From contig OZ244587.1 in the NCBI GenBank assembly GCA_965218095.1, positions 2,848,001-2,912,000 on the forward strand: a stretch of 64,000 nucleotides of DNA, given 5' to 3'. The position numbers were made by a program, and so were the translations under genes. This DNA comes from Candidatus Poribacteria bacterium. GTDB lineage: Bacteria > Poribacteria > WGA-4E > PCPOR2b. The notes beneath the pieces were generated by a model. That model did not search any database. It was not told the origin of the DNA and saw nothing but the letters and a program-made list of their open reading frames with translations. Positions within the stretch are counted from its first letter, which is position 1. Each line of letters begins with the position of its first letter. Below are positions 40,039-50,843 of this stretch, piece by piece.

Positions 40039-41958
40039 GTGGGAAGACCATTGGATAAAAATCAACGGGGAGAGGGTTCCTTTACAACGATAAAGCTCAT
40101 CTTTTTCGCCCTGGTAGTGATACCACTGAACACCCTCTGGGTGATACACACGGGTTATATCGGATACGGAATCAATTTCACCCGTTTCTCGTTTTTCATG
40201 AACGTGGTCTCAATCATCTTCGTCCTGTGCTTTCTGAATGTCCTCCTGAAGCGGTTTCTCCCTTCGGTTGCCCTGACCAAGACGGAGATGCTGCTCCTGT
40301 ATGCGATGTTAACCATCTCAACTGGACTCGCCGGCCATGACCTGCTTCAACACCTCTATCCTGGGCTGGGGCATGCCTTCTATTACGCGACGCCGGAGAA
40401 CGAGTGGAAAGTTTTTCACCCCTACATCCCCAGATGGCTCGTGGTCAGCGATATGTTCGTCCTCGATGGATATTACACGGGTGAAAGCACCCTCTATATT
40501 CAGAGGTATATCAGGGCGTGGCTCATCCCGTCGATTGTATGGGCGATAGCGACCATAGCGGCAGTGTTATTCATGCTCTGCACAACGGTTCTGGTGCGTC
40601 GTCAATGGATAGAGCATGAGCGGCTCTCCTACCCGCTGACACAAATCCCTCTGGAGATGATAGACAAAGGCGCGGGGCTTTTCAAGAGCAAGCTTTTATG
40701 GATCGGATTTGCCCTCGCCGCCGGGAGGACCTTGATAAACGGCCTTCACTATCTCTACCCGAATGTACCGGGCATCCTCGTTGAGGGGTTCTCGCTGCGT
40801 CTATACTTCACGACCCGTCCATGGGACGCCCTTGGCGGGGTTAGCGGAGCTTTTCATCCCTTTGTGATTGGTTTAGCTTATTTCATGCCGCTTGAGATGT
40901 CCTTCTCCATGTGGTTTTTCTACTGGATTTGGCGTTTTGAGCGGGTACTGGGAAGCGTCATCGGGGTGAGGGCATTGCGGGGATTTCCGTTCGAATGGCA
41001 ACAGGCCGTCGGCATTGGCGCTGCCATCCTGCTTTTTTCCCTCTGGATGTATCGGTTTCAGGCGTTGAAGATCTTAAGAAGCTTTTTCGGTCACACCGAG
41101 GGAGACGCCGCTGAGTTGAAGGGGTACAAATGGGCATTTTTAGGGCTTCTCCTGAGCTTCGGTTATCTGGTGGGGTTTATTACCTATGTGGGGATGAAAG
41201 TCTGGGTGGCTGCGATATTCTTCCTGATTTACTTTTCCATTTCGATGGTTATCACGCGCATCCGAGCGGAGGTCGGCTATCCGATGCATGAAGGCACCGA
41301 GACAGCGAGTATCGTGGTGACGATTCTGGGAACTCGCCCGATTGGCCCCAAGAGTTTGACGCTGTTTCCCTTTCTCTATTTTCTGACCACTGCTCACCGG
41401 AGCAGTCCACACCCTTATCAACTGGAGACGTTTAAGATGGCCGAGCGGATGCGGCTCAAGATAGATAGGGTGTTGATTTGGGGGATGGTTCTGGCGATTA
41501 TCATCGGCACGTTTGCCGCGTGCTGGGCGGTACTCCATTCTTCATATCAGATAAAAGGAGGCCCCCATGCCGGCACCGACCAATGGGCAATGTTCAATCG
41601 GCTGACGAACCGGCTTCTCTACCCCCAGCCTTCGGATGTCCCTTCCCTAATTGCAATAGGGTTTGGCGCCTTTATCGGATTCTTTTTACTTTTGATGCAC
41701 CGCGTCTTTATCTGGTGGCCGTTCCACCCGATGGGATATCTTCTCGGTGGGCCCTGGCCGTCGTCTGGAATCCTCTGGTTTTCGATATTCATAAGCTGGC
41801 TCTTAAAATGGATTATCTTGAAATTTGGTGGGTTAGCCCTTTATCGCAGGGCAAGCGTATTTTTCATCGGTCTTGTTCTGGGAGATTTCGTCATGGTGAG
41901 TTTCTGGGGCTTGTTGGGAACAATTCTCGGCAGAAATCTGTTTCGTCGGTTTATCTGA
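40039..41958 (+). CDS. Polytopic membrane protein (DUF6785/DUF6784-like putative transporter)
   Basis: Many TM helices; RRQWIEHERLSYPL, TRIRAEVG, WWPFHPMGY. Confidence 0.8.
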   Translation: MGRPLDKNQRGEGSFTTIKLIFFALVVIPLNTLWVIHTGYIGYGINFTRFSFFMNVVSIIFVLCFLNVLLKRFLPSVALTKTEMLLLYAMLTISTGLAGHDLLQHLYPGLGHAFYYATPENEWKVFHPYIPRWLVVSDMFVLDGYYTGESTLYIQRYIRAWLIPSIVWAIATIAAVLFMLCTTVLVRRQWIEHERLSYPLTQIPLEMIDKGAGLFKSKLLWIGFALAAGRTLINGLHYLYPNVPGILVEGFSLRLYFTTRPWDALGGVSGAFHPFVIGLAYFMPLEMSFSMWFFYWIWRFERVLGSVIGVRALRGFPFEWQQAVGIGAAILLFSLWMYRFQALKILRSFFGHTEGDAAELKGYKWAFLGLLLSFGYLVGFITYVGMKVWVAAIFFLIYFSISMVITRIRAEVGYPMHEGTETASIVVTILGTRPIGPKSLTLFPFLYFLTTAHRSSPHPYQLETFKMAERMRLKIDRVLIWGMVLAIIIGTFAACWAVLHSSYQIKGGPHAGTDQWAMFNRLTNRLLYPQPSDVPSLIAIGFGAFIGFFLLLMHRVFIWWPFHPMGYLLGGPWPSSGILWFSIFISWLLKWIILKFGGLALYRRASVFFIGLVLGDFVMVSFWGLLGTILGRNLFRRFI

Positions 41959-42184
41959 TAAGAAGGAAGAAAAGGAAAGAAGCTGCTCCTATCCTTCCAC
42001 TGTTTCCGCTCCTATACACACCGTTTGACGAGTTCGCGATAGTCGCTTTTCAACAACTGAAGTCGTCACTACAAAAGTAACAAGGTACTAATGGTTCATT
42101 TTTGAGTCCATATAGGGTTGGTAGACCTGACAGGTCTTGGCTAATAAACCCTATACGATTTTATGAGACCACCAAGATAAGTCT

Positions 42185-42289
42185 ATGACTAACGAAAAGG
42201 TTATCATCACAAAGGGCGATATCATTTCATCCTTACAACAACTCGACATCAACACCGGCGATTGCGTCATGGCCCATTCCTCGAAATGA
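42185..42289 (+). pseudogene. N-terminal stub of an AAC(3)-family acetyltransferase
   Basis: ITKGDIISSLQQLDINTGDCVMAHSS followed by a stop. Confidence 0.55.
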
Positions 42290-42382
42290 CACTGATGCTA
42301 GTGGGGGAAAACGAGACGTATGGGCTCGGCTGTGAATTCATCCTCGAAAAGTGAACCCATAACCAACGAAAGGAGTTTATTG

Positions 42383-43222
42383 ATGATCGATAGAACATGC
42401 AATTGCGAACCAACGCTGACAGATCAACAGGTAATCGAATTTTGCAGGAATGGTTTTACCATCCTCGAAGGGGTGGTGCCGGACGAGGTCAACCGCCGCA
42501 CCCTGAACTTCCTCGATGAGCATCCCGGGATAGAACCGGTCGAGCTCCTGGCCGAGGACTGGTTCGTCGATGGGGTTCTCAAAAACCCGCAAGCGGCGGG
42601 CGTGGTGCGGTCGCTCCTGGGCAAAAACTTCAAGCTGCCAATGATTCTGAGCAACCATCGTGTCCAGTGTCCCAGGACGCTCACCTGTGGTTGGCATCGC
42701 GACGGTGGAGCGATTGACACGCCGCGGATCGACTTTTTATACGGGTTCTATTACCCGCAGGACACGCCGGAAGAAATGGGCCCGACCGAGTTGGTGCCCA
42801 GTTCGCACTTCATCCGCATCAAACGCCGCTTCATGAGTCACTACGGCGGCATCCGCAAAGGGGTGAAGACCGTCGCGCCGGCAGGGTCGATTTTCATCAC
42901 CCATTTCTCGATTTGGCATCGCGCCATCTCTTCCACCGCCAGCGGTATCCGTAACCTGCTCAAGTATACCTATTGGCGGACGACGCCGCCGAAACGCGAC
43001 TGGGTCGTCGATCCGGATCTCGACTTTATGCAGGTGAAGTTCCGGCCTGACATCTCACTGGGCGAGACACACTACGACTCCATCCACGTTGCGCGGATGT
43101 TTCAGTGGCTATGTGGTCTGGGTGACGATTTTGAGTTCAAGGGCGGTCAATCCTGGCCAATGACCGCTGGAGGAGGTTACAACACAACCGAGGGACTACC
43201 GCCAGAACTGGCTCGGCAGTAG
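42383..43222 (+). CDS. PhyH family dioxygenase
   Basis: GWHRDG, YYPQDTPEEMGPT..PSSH, SIWHR. Confidence 0.9.
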   Translation: MIDRTCNCEPTLTDQQVIEFCRNGFTILEGVVPDEVNRRTLNFLDEHPGIEPVELLAEDWFVDGVLKNPQAAGVVRSLLGKNFKLPMILSNHRVQCPRTLTCGWHRDGGAIDTPRIDFLYGFYYPQDTPEEMGPTELVPSSHFIRIKRRFMSHYGGIRKGVKTVAPAGSIFITHFSIWHRAISSTASGIRNLLKYTYWRTTPPKRDWVVDPDLDFMQVKFRPDISLGETHYDSIHVARMFQWLCGLGDDFEFKGGQSWPMTAGGGYNTTEGLPPELARQ

Positions 43223-43341
43223 CATCCGAGCCATGCTCCCAAGGATACTTGTTTGATGATGAAGCAATAAGGCATTTCATTTCGCAATGAGTAGATTCAG
43301 GCTTGACATTTAAGATGGACATTTATACGGAGGTGTTTCGC

Positions 43342-46300
43342 ATGACAACCCTCAACCTCAAACCCACCCACAAACCCATCAAAGCCTATTATGAATCACT
43401 CAAGCAATTTGACCGGCTCGGCGTTACACATGAAACCGCTGTCCGATTGGCGTTCCAATCCCTGCTTGAATCGTGTGGACGACAGTTTGATTGGACGCTC
43501 GTTCCTGAACATTCAATAACCCCCCTTGATAAGGGGGGCCAGGGGGGTTCCGGTCAAAACAAGCGCATCGTCATTGATGGCGCGTTGATTGACGGTTTCA
43601 AGCTGATTCACGGCTATTGGGAGGCAAAGGATATCCACGATGACCTGCCCTCCGAAGTGCTACGCAAGTTTGAGGCAGGCTATCCGCGTGACAACATCCT
43701 CTTCCAAACCCCACAACGCGCCAGTCTTTGGCAGAACCATCAGCAGGTGCTCGATGCGGATCTGACCGACCCGACGCAACTGATACAGACCCTCGAAACC
43801 TTCTTTGCCCACCGTCCGCCAGAATATACCGAATGGGAGGAGGCGGTGTCGCAGTTCAAAGACAAAGTGCCCGACATCGGGAGCGGGTTGGCGGATTTAA
43901 TCCAAAAGGAACGGGGGACCAACCCCCGCTTTACCAGGGCGTTTGGGGATTTTCACGAGAAATACCGTCAATCGATCAACCCCAATCTCTCCGAAGCCGC
44001 TGTCGAGGAGATGCTGATTCAACACCTCTTGACCGAGCGCATCTTCCGCACGGTTTTCGATAACCTCGACTTCACCCGCCGCAATGTCATCGCCAATGAG
44101 ATCGAGAAGGTGATAGACGCGCTCACGTCTCAGTCGTTCAGTCGTCATGATTTTCTCCAAAGCCTTGATCGTTTTTATGTCGCAATCGAACGCACTGCCG
44201 CGACAATCAGCAACTTTTCCCAAAAGCAGGGGTTTCTCAACACGGTTTACGAGCAGTTTTTTCAAGGCTTTTCGGTCAAGGTTGCGGACACACACGGGGT
44301 CGTTTACACGCCCCAGCCGATCGTTGATTTTATGGTGAAAAGCGTTGAGCGTATCCTACAGACCGAATTCAATCGATCGCTTTCCGATTCCGGTGTTCAC
44401 ATCATCGACCCGTTTGTGGGGACAGGCAATTTCATCGTGCGGACCATGCGCGAGATTCGCAGAACCACGCTAGAGGATAAGTACACGACCGAACTTCACT
44501 GCAACGAGGTGATGCTACTCCCGTACTACATCGCAAGTATGAACATTGAGCATGAGTTTTACGAGGCGACTGGCACATATCAGCCGTTTGGGGGAATCTG
44601 CCTTGTTGATACGTTTGAACTGGCAGAGGACCGACAGTTGCCGTTGTTCACGCCTGAGAACACGCAGCGCGTTGAAAAACAAAGGGAGACGCCGATGTTT
44701 GTGATTATCGGCAATCCACCCTACAATGTTGGTCAGGTCAACGAGAACGACAACAACAAAAATCGGAAGTATGAGACGATGGATGAGCGGGTTGCGGAGA
44801 CGTATGCAAAAGACTCGACAGCGACGAATAAAAACGCATTGGCCGATCCGTATGTGAAGGCGATTTGGTGGGCATCGGATCGGATTGGAGAGGAAGGGGT
44901 TGTCGCCTTTGTAACGAACAACAGTTTTCTCAACGGAGTGGCGTTTGACGGGATGCGAAAACACCTCGCAGACGATTTCGACGCGGTTTACATTCTGGAT
45001 CTGAGTGGGAACGTCCGCAAGAATCCGAAGTTGTCAGGGACAACGCACAACGTCTTTGGGATTCAGGTGGGTGTGAGCATCAATTTTTTCGTCAAAAGAC
45101 GCGACAACGCAAATTCCCAAGCCGAAATGTTCTACGCTCGTGTTGATGAATTTTGGCGTAAGGAGGACAAGTATCGCCATCTCGATTCAAAGAAGCATTA
45201 CCAAAACATCGAATGGAAGCCGATAACGCCTGACCAGCGATACACATGGCTCACCGAAGGCCTCCACACCGAATTTGAGACCTTTATCCCGATGGGAAGC
45301 AAGGAAGCGAAGGCAGCGAAGGGTGAGGCGGTGGATGTGATTTTTAAGATTTATAGCCGCGGTGTCGTAACCTGCCGCGATGCGTGGGCTTACAACTTCA
45401 ACCGAAACACACTGGCTGAAAACATGAGCGGGATGATTGATGCCTACAATGAGCAGGTCTTCAAGTGGGAACATCGGGAGGATAGGGATGCAAACGTTGA
45501 TGATTTTGTGATTTCTGATGAGGCGAAAATCAAGTGGAGTTCAGGGTTAAAGCAGAAGTTGAAAAGCGGGCAGCTCGCAGAATTTGCAGATACAAAAATC
45601 CGACAATCGCTCTACCGTCCCTTTACAAAATCGAATCTCTACTTTGACCGAATGATAACTGAGCGTGTATACGTCTTTCCCTCCATCTTCCCTACACCTG
45701 AAACCGAACAAGGGAATCGTGTGATTTGTGTAAGTGGTATCGGAGGCAACAAACCTTTTCACACCTTGATGGCAGAAATGATTCCGTGTCTTGACAGTCT
45801 CGAAAAAACCCAATGCTTTCCCTTCTACATCTACGACGAGGACGGGACAAACCGCCGCGAAAATATCACCGATTGGGCGTTGGAACAATTCCGCACCCAT
45901 TACCGAGACGACACAATCACCAAGTGGGACATCTTTCATTATATCTATGCGGTGCTGAATCACCCCGATTATCGGGATCGGTATCAGGCGAACCTCAAGC
46001 GGGACCTGCCGCGCCTGCCGTATACGCCCGACTTTTGGGGGTTTGCCAAAGCGGGGCAACGGTTGGGGGAAATCCACATTGGCTATGAAGACCAACCCGA
46101 ATATCCGATTCGGTTCATCGAAAACCGTGAAGTGCCACTCGATTGGCGCGTGGAGAAGATGAAGCTGTCCAAAGACAAAACGCAGATTGTGTATAACGAC
46201 TTCCTGACCCTCGACGGGATTCCCCCGAAGGCGTTTGATTATCGGCTTGGGAATCGGTTGGCGTTGGAATGGGTGATAAATCAGTATCGCGTCAAAACGG

Positions 46301-46437
46301 ACAACCGGACGCAAATCGTCAACGACCCGAATCGTGCGGACGACCCGCAGTACATTGTCAAACTCATTGGGAAGGTGATTGCGGTCAGTTTGGAGACGGT
46401 GGAGATTGTGGAGGGGTTGCCGGGGTTAGGAATCTGA
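43342..46437 (+). CDS. Single-chain restriction-modification enzyme (N6-adenine MTase, type ISP-like specificity domain, no helicase)
   Basis: IDG..YWEAKD nuclease-like motif; VVYTPQPIVDF; DPFVGTGNF; IGNPPY; LYRPF; YRLGNRLALEWVI. Confidence 0.85.
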   Translation: MTTLNLKPTHKPIKAYYESLKQFDRLGVTHETAVRLAFQSLLESCGRQFDWTLVPEHSITPLDKGGQGGSGQNKRIVIDGALIDGFKLIHGYWEAKDIHDDLPSEVLRKFEAGYPRDNILFQTPQRASLWQNHQQVLDADLTDPTQLIQTLETFFAHRPPEYTEWEEAVSQFKDKVPDIGSGLADLIQKERGTNPRFTRAFGDFHEKYRQSINPNLSEAAVEEMLIQHLLTERIFRTVFDNLDFTRRNVIANEIEKVIDALTSQSFSRHDFLQSLDRFYVAIERTAATISNFSQKQGFLNTVYEQFFQGFSVKVADTHGVVYTPQPIVDFMVKSVERILQTEFNRSLSDSGVHIIDPFVGTGNFIVRTMREIRRTTLEDKYTTELHCNEVMLLPYYIASMNIEHEFYEATGTYQPFGGICLVDTFELAEDRQLPLFTPENTQRVEKQRETPMFVIIGNPPYNVGQVNENDNNKNRKYETMDERVAETYAKDSTATNKNALADPYVKAIWWASDRIGEEGVVAFVTNNSFLNGVAFDGMRKHLADDFDAVYILDLSGNVRKNPKLSGTTHNVFGIQVGVSINFFVKRRDNANSQAEMFYARVDEFWRKEDKYRHLDSKKHYQNIEWKPITPDQRYTWLTEGLHTEFETFIPMGSKEAKAAKGEAVDVIFKIYSRGVVTCRDAWAYNFNRNTLAENMSGMIDAYNEQVFKWEHREDRDANVDDFVISDEAKIKWSSGLKQKLKSGQLAEFADTKIRQSLYRPFTKSNLYFDRMITERVYVFPSIFPTPETEQGNRVICVSGIGGNKPFHTLMAEMIPCLDSLEKTQCFPFYIYDEDGTNRRENITDWALEQFRTHYRDDTITKWDIFHYIYAVLNHPDYRDRYQANLKRDLPRLPYTPDFWGFAKAGQRLGEIHIGYEDQPEYPIRFIENREVPLDWRVEKMKLSKDKTQIVYNDFLTLDGIPPKAFDYRLGNRLALEWVINQYRVKTDNRTQIVNDPNRADDPQYIVKLIGKVIAVSLETVEIVEGLPGLGI

Positions 46438-46532
46438 AGATTACCCCCTGCTTGCGGGGGGCTAGGGGGGTTGGGGGTGCCTCATTAAACACAGGACATA
46501 AAGAAACGTCTAACAGTTGGGGAGGTTCCGAT

Positions 46533-46625
46533 ATGAAATTCACCGCAGTTTTCAAAAAAGTCCCAGAAGGATACATCGGATTTGTTGAAGAACTGCCCAG
46601 TGCCAATCAACCCTTAAAGCCCTAA
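46533..46625 (+). pseudogene. HicB-like antitoxin stub
   Basis: GGAGG RBS; MKFTAVFKKVPEGYIGFVEELP.AN, then truncated. Confidence 0.6.
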
Positions 46626-46667
46626 TCTACTTATTGCATTTCATTTTCAATGAAAGGGGAATATAAA

Positions 46668-47540
46668 ATGAAACGGCTAAAAGGAATTACGATTCTCAGT
46701 GTCGCGTCTCTCTTTGCAGTGGCCGGTTCGATGGCGCAAGATGCTGTCCCCGGCGCCCAGCTTGAGCTGATCGCTTCCGAAGCAAACTTCGTCAGGGAGG
46801 ATTGGAAGAACCTCGGCATCGCCGGCGGGGTGTTGAGAGGTGGAAAGAAGCTTTTGAGAGACACGCCGGTTTTCGAGCCGGCCGCAGGTGGCGAGCTAGC
46901 GCGATTCACCGCCGTGGCTGAACGTCAGTTTTTCGGCAGTATCTTCGGCAGCTTTGCCAAAAACGCGATCTTCCATCTGCAGGACTGGACTGTCGAGCTC
47001 ATCTTGAAGCGCAATGGACCAAGTTATGGCAAGGCACACCATGTTGCTGGCTTCTATTTCGCAGCTTTTAACGGCTGGTGGATGAAAAACACAGACCAGT
47101 GGATCATGTTGGGCTTCATGGAGAACGACACGGGGAAGATGTAGATCGAACTCAAAGAGGCTAAGGACCGTGGGAAGGTTTACAAAAACATCGTCGATAT
47201 CAGGGTAAATCAATGGCATCAGATCTTGTTCACCTACAACAATGCTGCCAACAAACTTCAGGCCTGGATCGATGGTGTGAGGAAAAACGTGGTGAATGCG
47301 GCGCATCGTTTCGATGTCGAGGTGGATATGAACCATCACGCGGTCTTCTCAAGCGCGCACGAGGCGGATGTTGGCGTCGGCGACATTGAGGGAGTGACTC
47401 AGAACTTTAACGGCTCCATTCACCTCGTCCGGGTGTATGACCGGGCGTTGAGCGATGCCGAGATTAGCCCAAACTTTGCTGTTGAGCCTGCCAATAAGCT
47501 CACAACCACCTGGGGCCGCGTCAAGCAGCGTGTAAAGTAA
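46668..47540 (+). pseudogene. Secreted LamG-like protein with a single in-frame TAG (47142-47144)
   Basis: DWTVEL, QWHQILFTY, AWIDG, FNGSIHLVRVYDRAL, VEPANKLTTTWGRVK in one frame. Confidence 0.82.
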
Positions 47541-47594
47541 GTCGGTGGGCTTCAGTTGCTAACATTTTTTCTTGCATTGATAAGAGAGTAACCT

Positions 47595-48824
47595 ATGAGC
47601 AATCTTAAGATTCGAGACGTTCGAGTCATCGTTACGCAGCCAACGGCGAACCTCAATGTGGTAAAAATAGAGACCACTGAGCCCGAACTGTACGGCTTGG
47701 GCTGTGCCACCTTCACCCAGCGTGCGATCCTCGTCGAAGCCGCTGTTAATGACTACCTCCGCCCATTTCTCATCGGCAAAGACCCCGCCGACATCGAAGA
47801 CATTTGGCAGTCATGCAATGTGTCTCCATACTAGCGGAATGGCCCGGTTCTCAACAACGCCATAAGCGGCGTGGACCAAGCCCTGTGGGACATCAAAGGC
47901 AAAGTGGCGGGAATGCCTGCTTACGACCTGTTCGGCGGGAAATCCAGAGAGGCTGCTGCCGTGTACATTGTTCCGGGTGGGCAAGACCTCAAAGAGTATG
48001 AAGAAAATGTCTGGGCTTTTATCGAAGATGGTTTCCGCTGTTTCAAGATAAACGGTGCCGACCGGTTCTTCTCAGACGATTCTCCCCACAAAGGATGGCC
48101 CGTCATCACAAACAAGACTTCTGAGTCCGGCAGCATTTTCGATCCAGAGCGATCGGTACAACAGATAGTGTGTGCCTTTGAATACTTCCGGGATACGTTT
48201 GGTTGGGACGTTGATGTCCTCTATGATGTTCATGAGCGTCTACCGCCTATCATCGGGCTCGGCTTAGCGAAAGACTTGGAACAGTTCAAGCTCTTCTTCT
48301 TGGAAGATCTGTTTGCTCCAGAGGACAACGACTACTTCCGGATGGTACGTGAGCAGACGAGCACGCCTATCGCTATGGGCGAGTTGTACAACAATCCGCA
48401 CGAAATCATCCCGATGGTCAAAGACCGACTGCTAGACTTTTTGCGCGTTCACGTCTCTCAAATCGGCGGACTGACGCCGGCACGGAAGCTGGTGGCGCTG
48501 TGCGAAGCCTTCAACGTCCGAACCGCCTGGCACTGTCCCACGGATGTCTCCCCCGTTGGTCACGCCGCCCAACTCATGCTGGACTTGAATGTGTGGAATT
48601 TCGGCATCCAGGAAGCGGGGCCTTACCAGAGTGATCTGTTGAAGGAAATGTTCCCGGGAACCCCTGAAGTGCGCAACGGGTATATGTGGTCTAACGGCAA
48701 GCCTGGCCTCGGTGTGGATATAGACGAGGAACTGGCAGCGAAGTACCCGATCAAAGAACCCGCCCGTGCCAACTGGTCGTGGGGCAACGTAAGACTCGCC
48801 GATGGCACGGTGATTCGCCCATAA
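47595..48824 (+). pseudogene. Mandelate racemase/enolase-superfamily dehydratase (RspA/ManD-like) with in-frame TAG (47832-47834)
   Basis: [55 protein letters not shown]. Confidence 0.88.
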
Positions 48825-48916
48825 CCTCACGCAAAAGAAAAAAGCACGACTTTCGCCACGATGCACGAGTACCAGGGATGATTCATTTTATGTTTTACGC
48901 CTAATCATTTTACCGG

Positions 48917-48945
48917 TTGCAGTGTCTTAATGTGCGTGTTATAAT
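48917..48945 (+). promoter_or_regulatory. Sigma70-like promoter of ctpA
   Basis: TTGCAG-17 bp-TATAAT with an extended TG. Confidence 0.5.
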
Positions 48946-48981
48946 TACGCCAAATAAAACGACAAACATGAGGGGGTTGTC

Positions 48982-50481
48982 ATGATTAACTATAATAGAA
49001 GACACACTTTGCCTATCGTCGCTCTGGCTGTTGCTGTCATTATTTCACTCTTTTTCGTACCATTAGGAGAGAAAAATGCGTTAAGTGATCGCGATGATAG
49101 AAACGTATTCATGCTGCAGAAGGCTTTGAGCGAGGCGATTAAAAAGGCAGAGAGGAACTACTACAAGGACATCGATCGGGAAAAAATGTATGAGGGGGCA
49201 ATCAAGGGTGCGCTTGCCGCGCTCGATGATCCGTATTCTTTTTACCTGCCGCCGGTGGATCAGAAACGCGAAGCGGAAAACCTCTACCATGCAAAATTTG
49301 GCGGACTTGGCATTCGGATTTATGTGGATAAAGAATGGATCAAAATTTTCCGTCCTTTGTCCAATAGCCCGGCGATGCGAGCGGGATTGCAGGCGGGCGA
49401 TTATATTACCAAGGTTGATGGGGATGCAATTAATATTGGCGACTCGGGTGGACAGACGCTTGCGGATGTCGTCAACGTTTTAAGAGGCGAAGTTGGTACA
49501 GAGGTCACAATTACGGTACAGCGGAGGGGACATCCAGAACCATTTGATGTGACACTGACCCGCGGGGTTATCCCGATTTCTAGTGTTAAGAAAACGATGC
49601 TAAAGGATGGAATTGGCTATATCCAGATTGACAATTTCACCAGCAGAACGGGTGAAGAGTTCGGAAACGCGCTCAGTGCATTGCTTCATGTCGAGGGCAG
49701 GGGGATGAAGTCACTGGTTCTGGATCTCCGATACAGTCCAGGAGGACTCCTGTCAGCCGCCAAAGATGTAGCGGACGCGTTTATCTCTGAAGGTCTTATT
49801 GTGTCAACGAAAGGTCGGAAAATGAGATTTAACCGGGAGTACCCGGCAACCTCCCAGATCCTCTGCCCGAAGGATGTGGATGTGGTTGTGCTCGTGAATG
49901 AGTTTAGTGCAAGTGGTTCTGAAATTGTCGCGGGAGCAATCAAGGATTCCAGGCGAGGGGTCATCGTCGGCACGAAGACTTTTGGGAAAGGCGTTGTCCA
50001 GCAAAGATTCCCTCTGGAATCTTTAAAGATGGAAGGCGCCGTGTCACTCACGATCTCGACGTATTACACGCCGAGCGGGGTTTCGATTAACAAAACTGGA
50101 GTCACGCCAAACATTGTGGTTGAAGAGGACAAACTCGACACGGTGACGACGGTGATGCGACAAAAAATGCGCAAGGGGGAATATGTCAACAAGTTTGTCG
50201 AGGAGTGGATTGAAATGAAGGAAAAGGAAACAGAGGAAACTCCCAAAGACTTTTCTAAGCTAGAAGCCGATTTACCTCAGTTAATGGATACTCTCAAGGC
50301 AGAGGATATTGAACTTGACATTGAACTTGTCAAGATTGACGCCCGTCGGCTCTTCAACGCGAACGTCGGCATCGATCAACTTATCGATCTCGACCACGAC
50401 AATCAGTTGCAGGAAGCAATCGATCTTATCAAAATGGGTGGGGTTGAGAAGGCGCTCGCATCAACAACAGCAGATCTATAA
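48982..50481 (+). CDS. ctpA: S41 C-terminal processing protease
   Basis: LDDPYS, GGLGI PDZ, LDLRYSPGGLL, SASGSEIVAGA, TFGKGVVQ. Confidence 0.93.
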   Translation: MINYNRRHTLPIVALAVAVIISLFFVPLGEKNALSDRDDRNVFMLQKALSEAIKKAERNYYKDIDREKMYEGAIKGALAALDDPYSFYLPPVDQKREAENLYHAKFGGLGIRIYVDKEWIKIFRPLSNSPAMRAGLQAGDYITKVDGDAINIGDSGGQTLADVVNVLRGEVGTEVTITVQRRGHPEPFDVTLTRGVIPISSVKKTMLKDGIGYIQIDNFTSRTGEEFGNALSALLHVEGRGMKSLVLDLRYSPGGLLSAAKDVADAFISEGLIVSTKGRKMRFNREYPATSQILCPKDVDVVVLVNEFSASGSEIVAGAIKDSRRGVIVGTKTFGKGVVQQRFPLESLKMEGAVSLTISTYYTPSGVSINKTGVTPNIVVEEDKLDTVTTVMRQKMRKGEYVNKFVEEWIEMKEKETEETPKDFSKLEADLPQLMDTLKAEDIELDIELVKIDARRLFNANVGIDQLIDLDHDNQLQEAIDLIKMGGVEKALASTTADL

Positions 50482-50519
50482 ATCAAGATACCCGGTCGGC
50501 GGTGGTGGAATCTTTCCTT

Positions 50520-50555
50520 AGCGGTTGCGGCTTCAGGTCGTAGCCGCTTTTTTTT
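50520..50555 (+). terminator. Intrinsic terminator
   Basis: AGCGGTTGCGGC-TTCAG-GTCGTAGCCGCT plus T-run. Confidence 0.7.
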
Positions 50556-50843
50556 GCCCTAACTGCATGCGTGCAACTTCAATCGCAGTAGCCGATAATA
50601 GTACCTATCATCAAATGACTGACTTATTGGCTTGCTATTCTTGGCCGTGTTTCACGTTAATTTGTATTGACAAGCCGCCCCAATATGATAAAATAAAAGA
50701 TACAATGTTAAACTGAATGGCGGCACATTCTGATGGCGATCTAAATCCGGATAAAAAATCTTTTTGATGAATAAATTCTATGAATACCTACAAGGCAATA
50801 GGCGTTTCATAATTGTAGGCACGATTTCATTAGTTATGATTGG

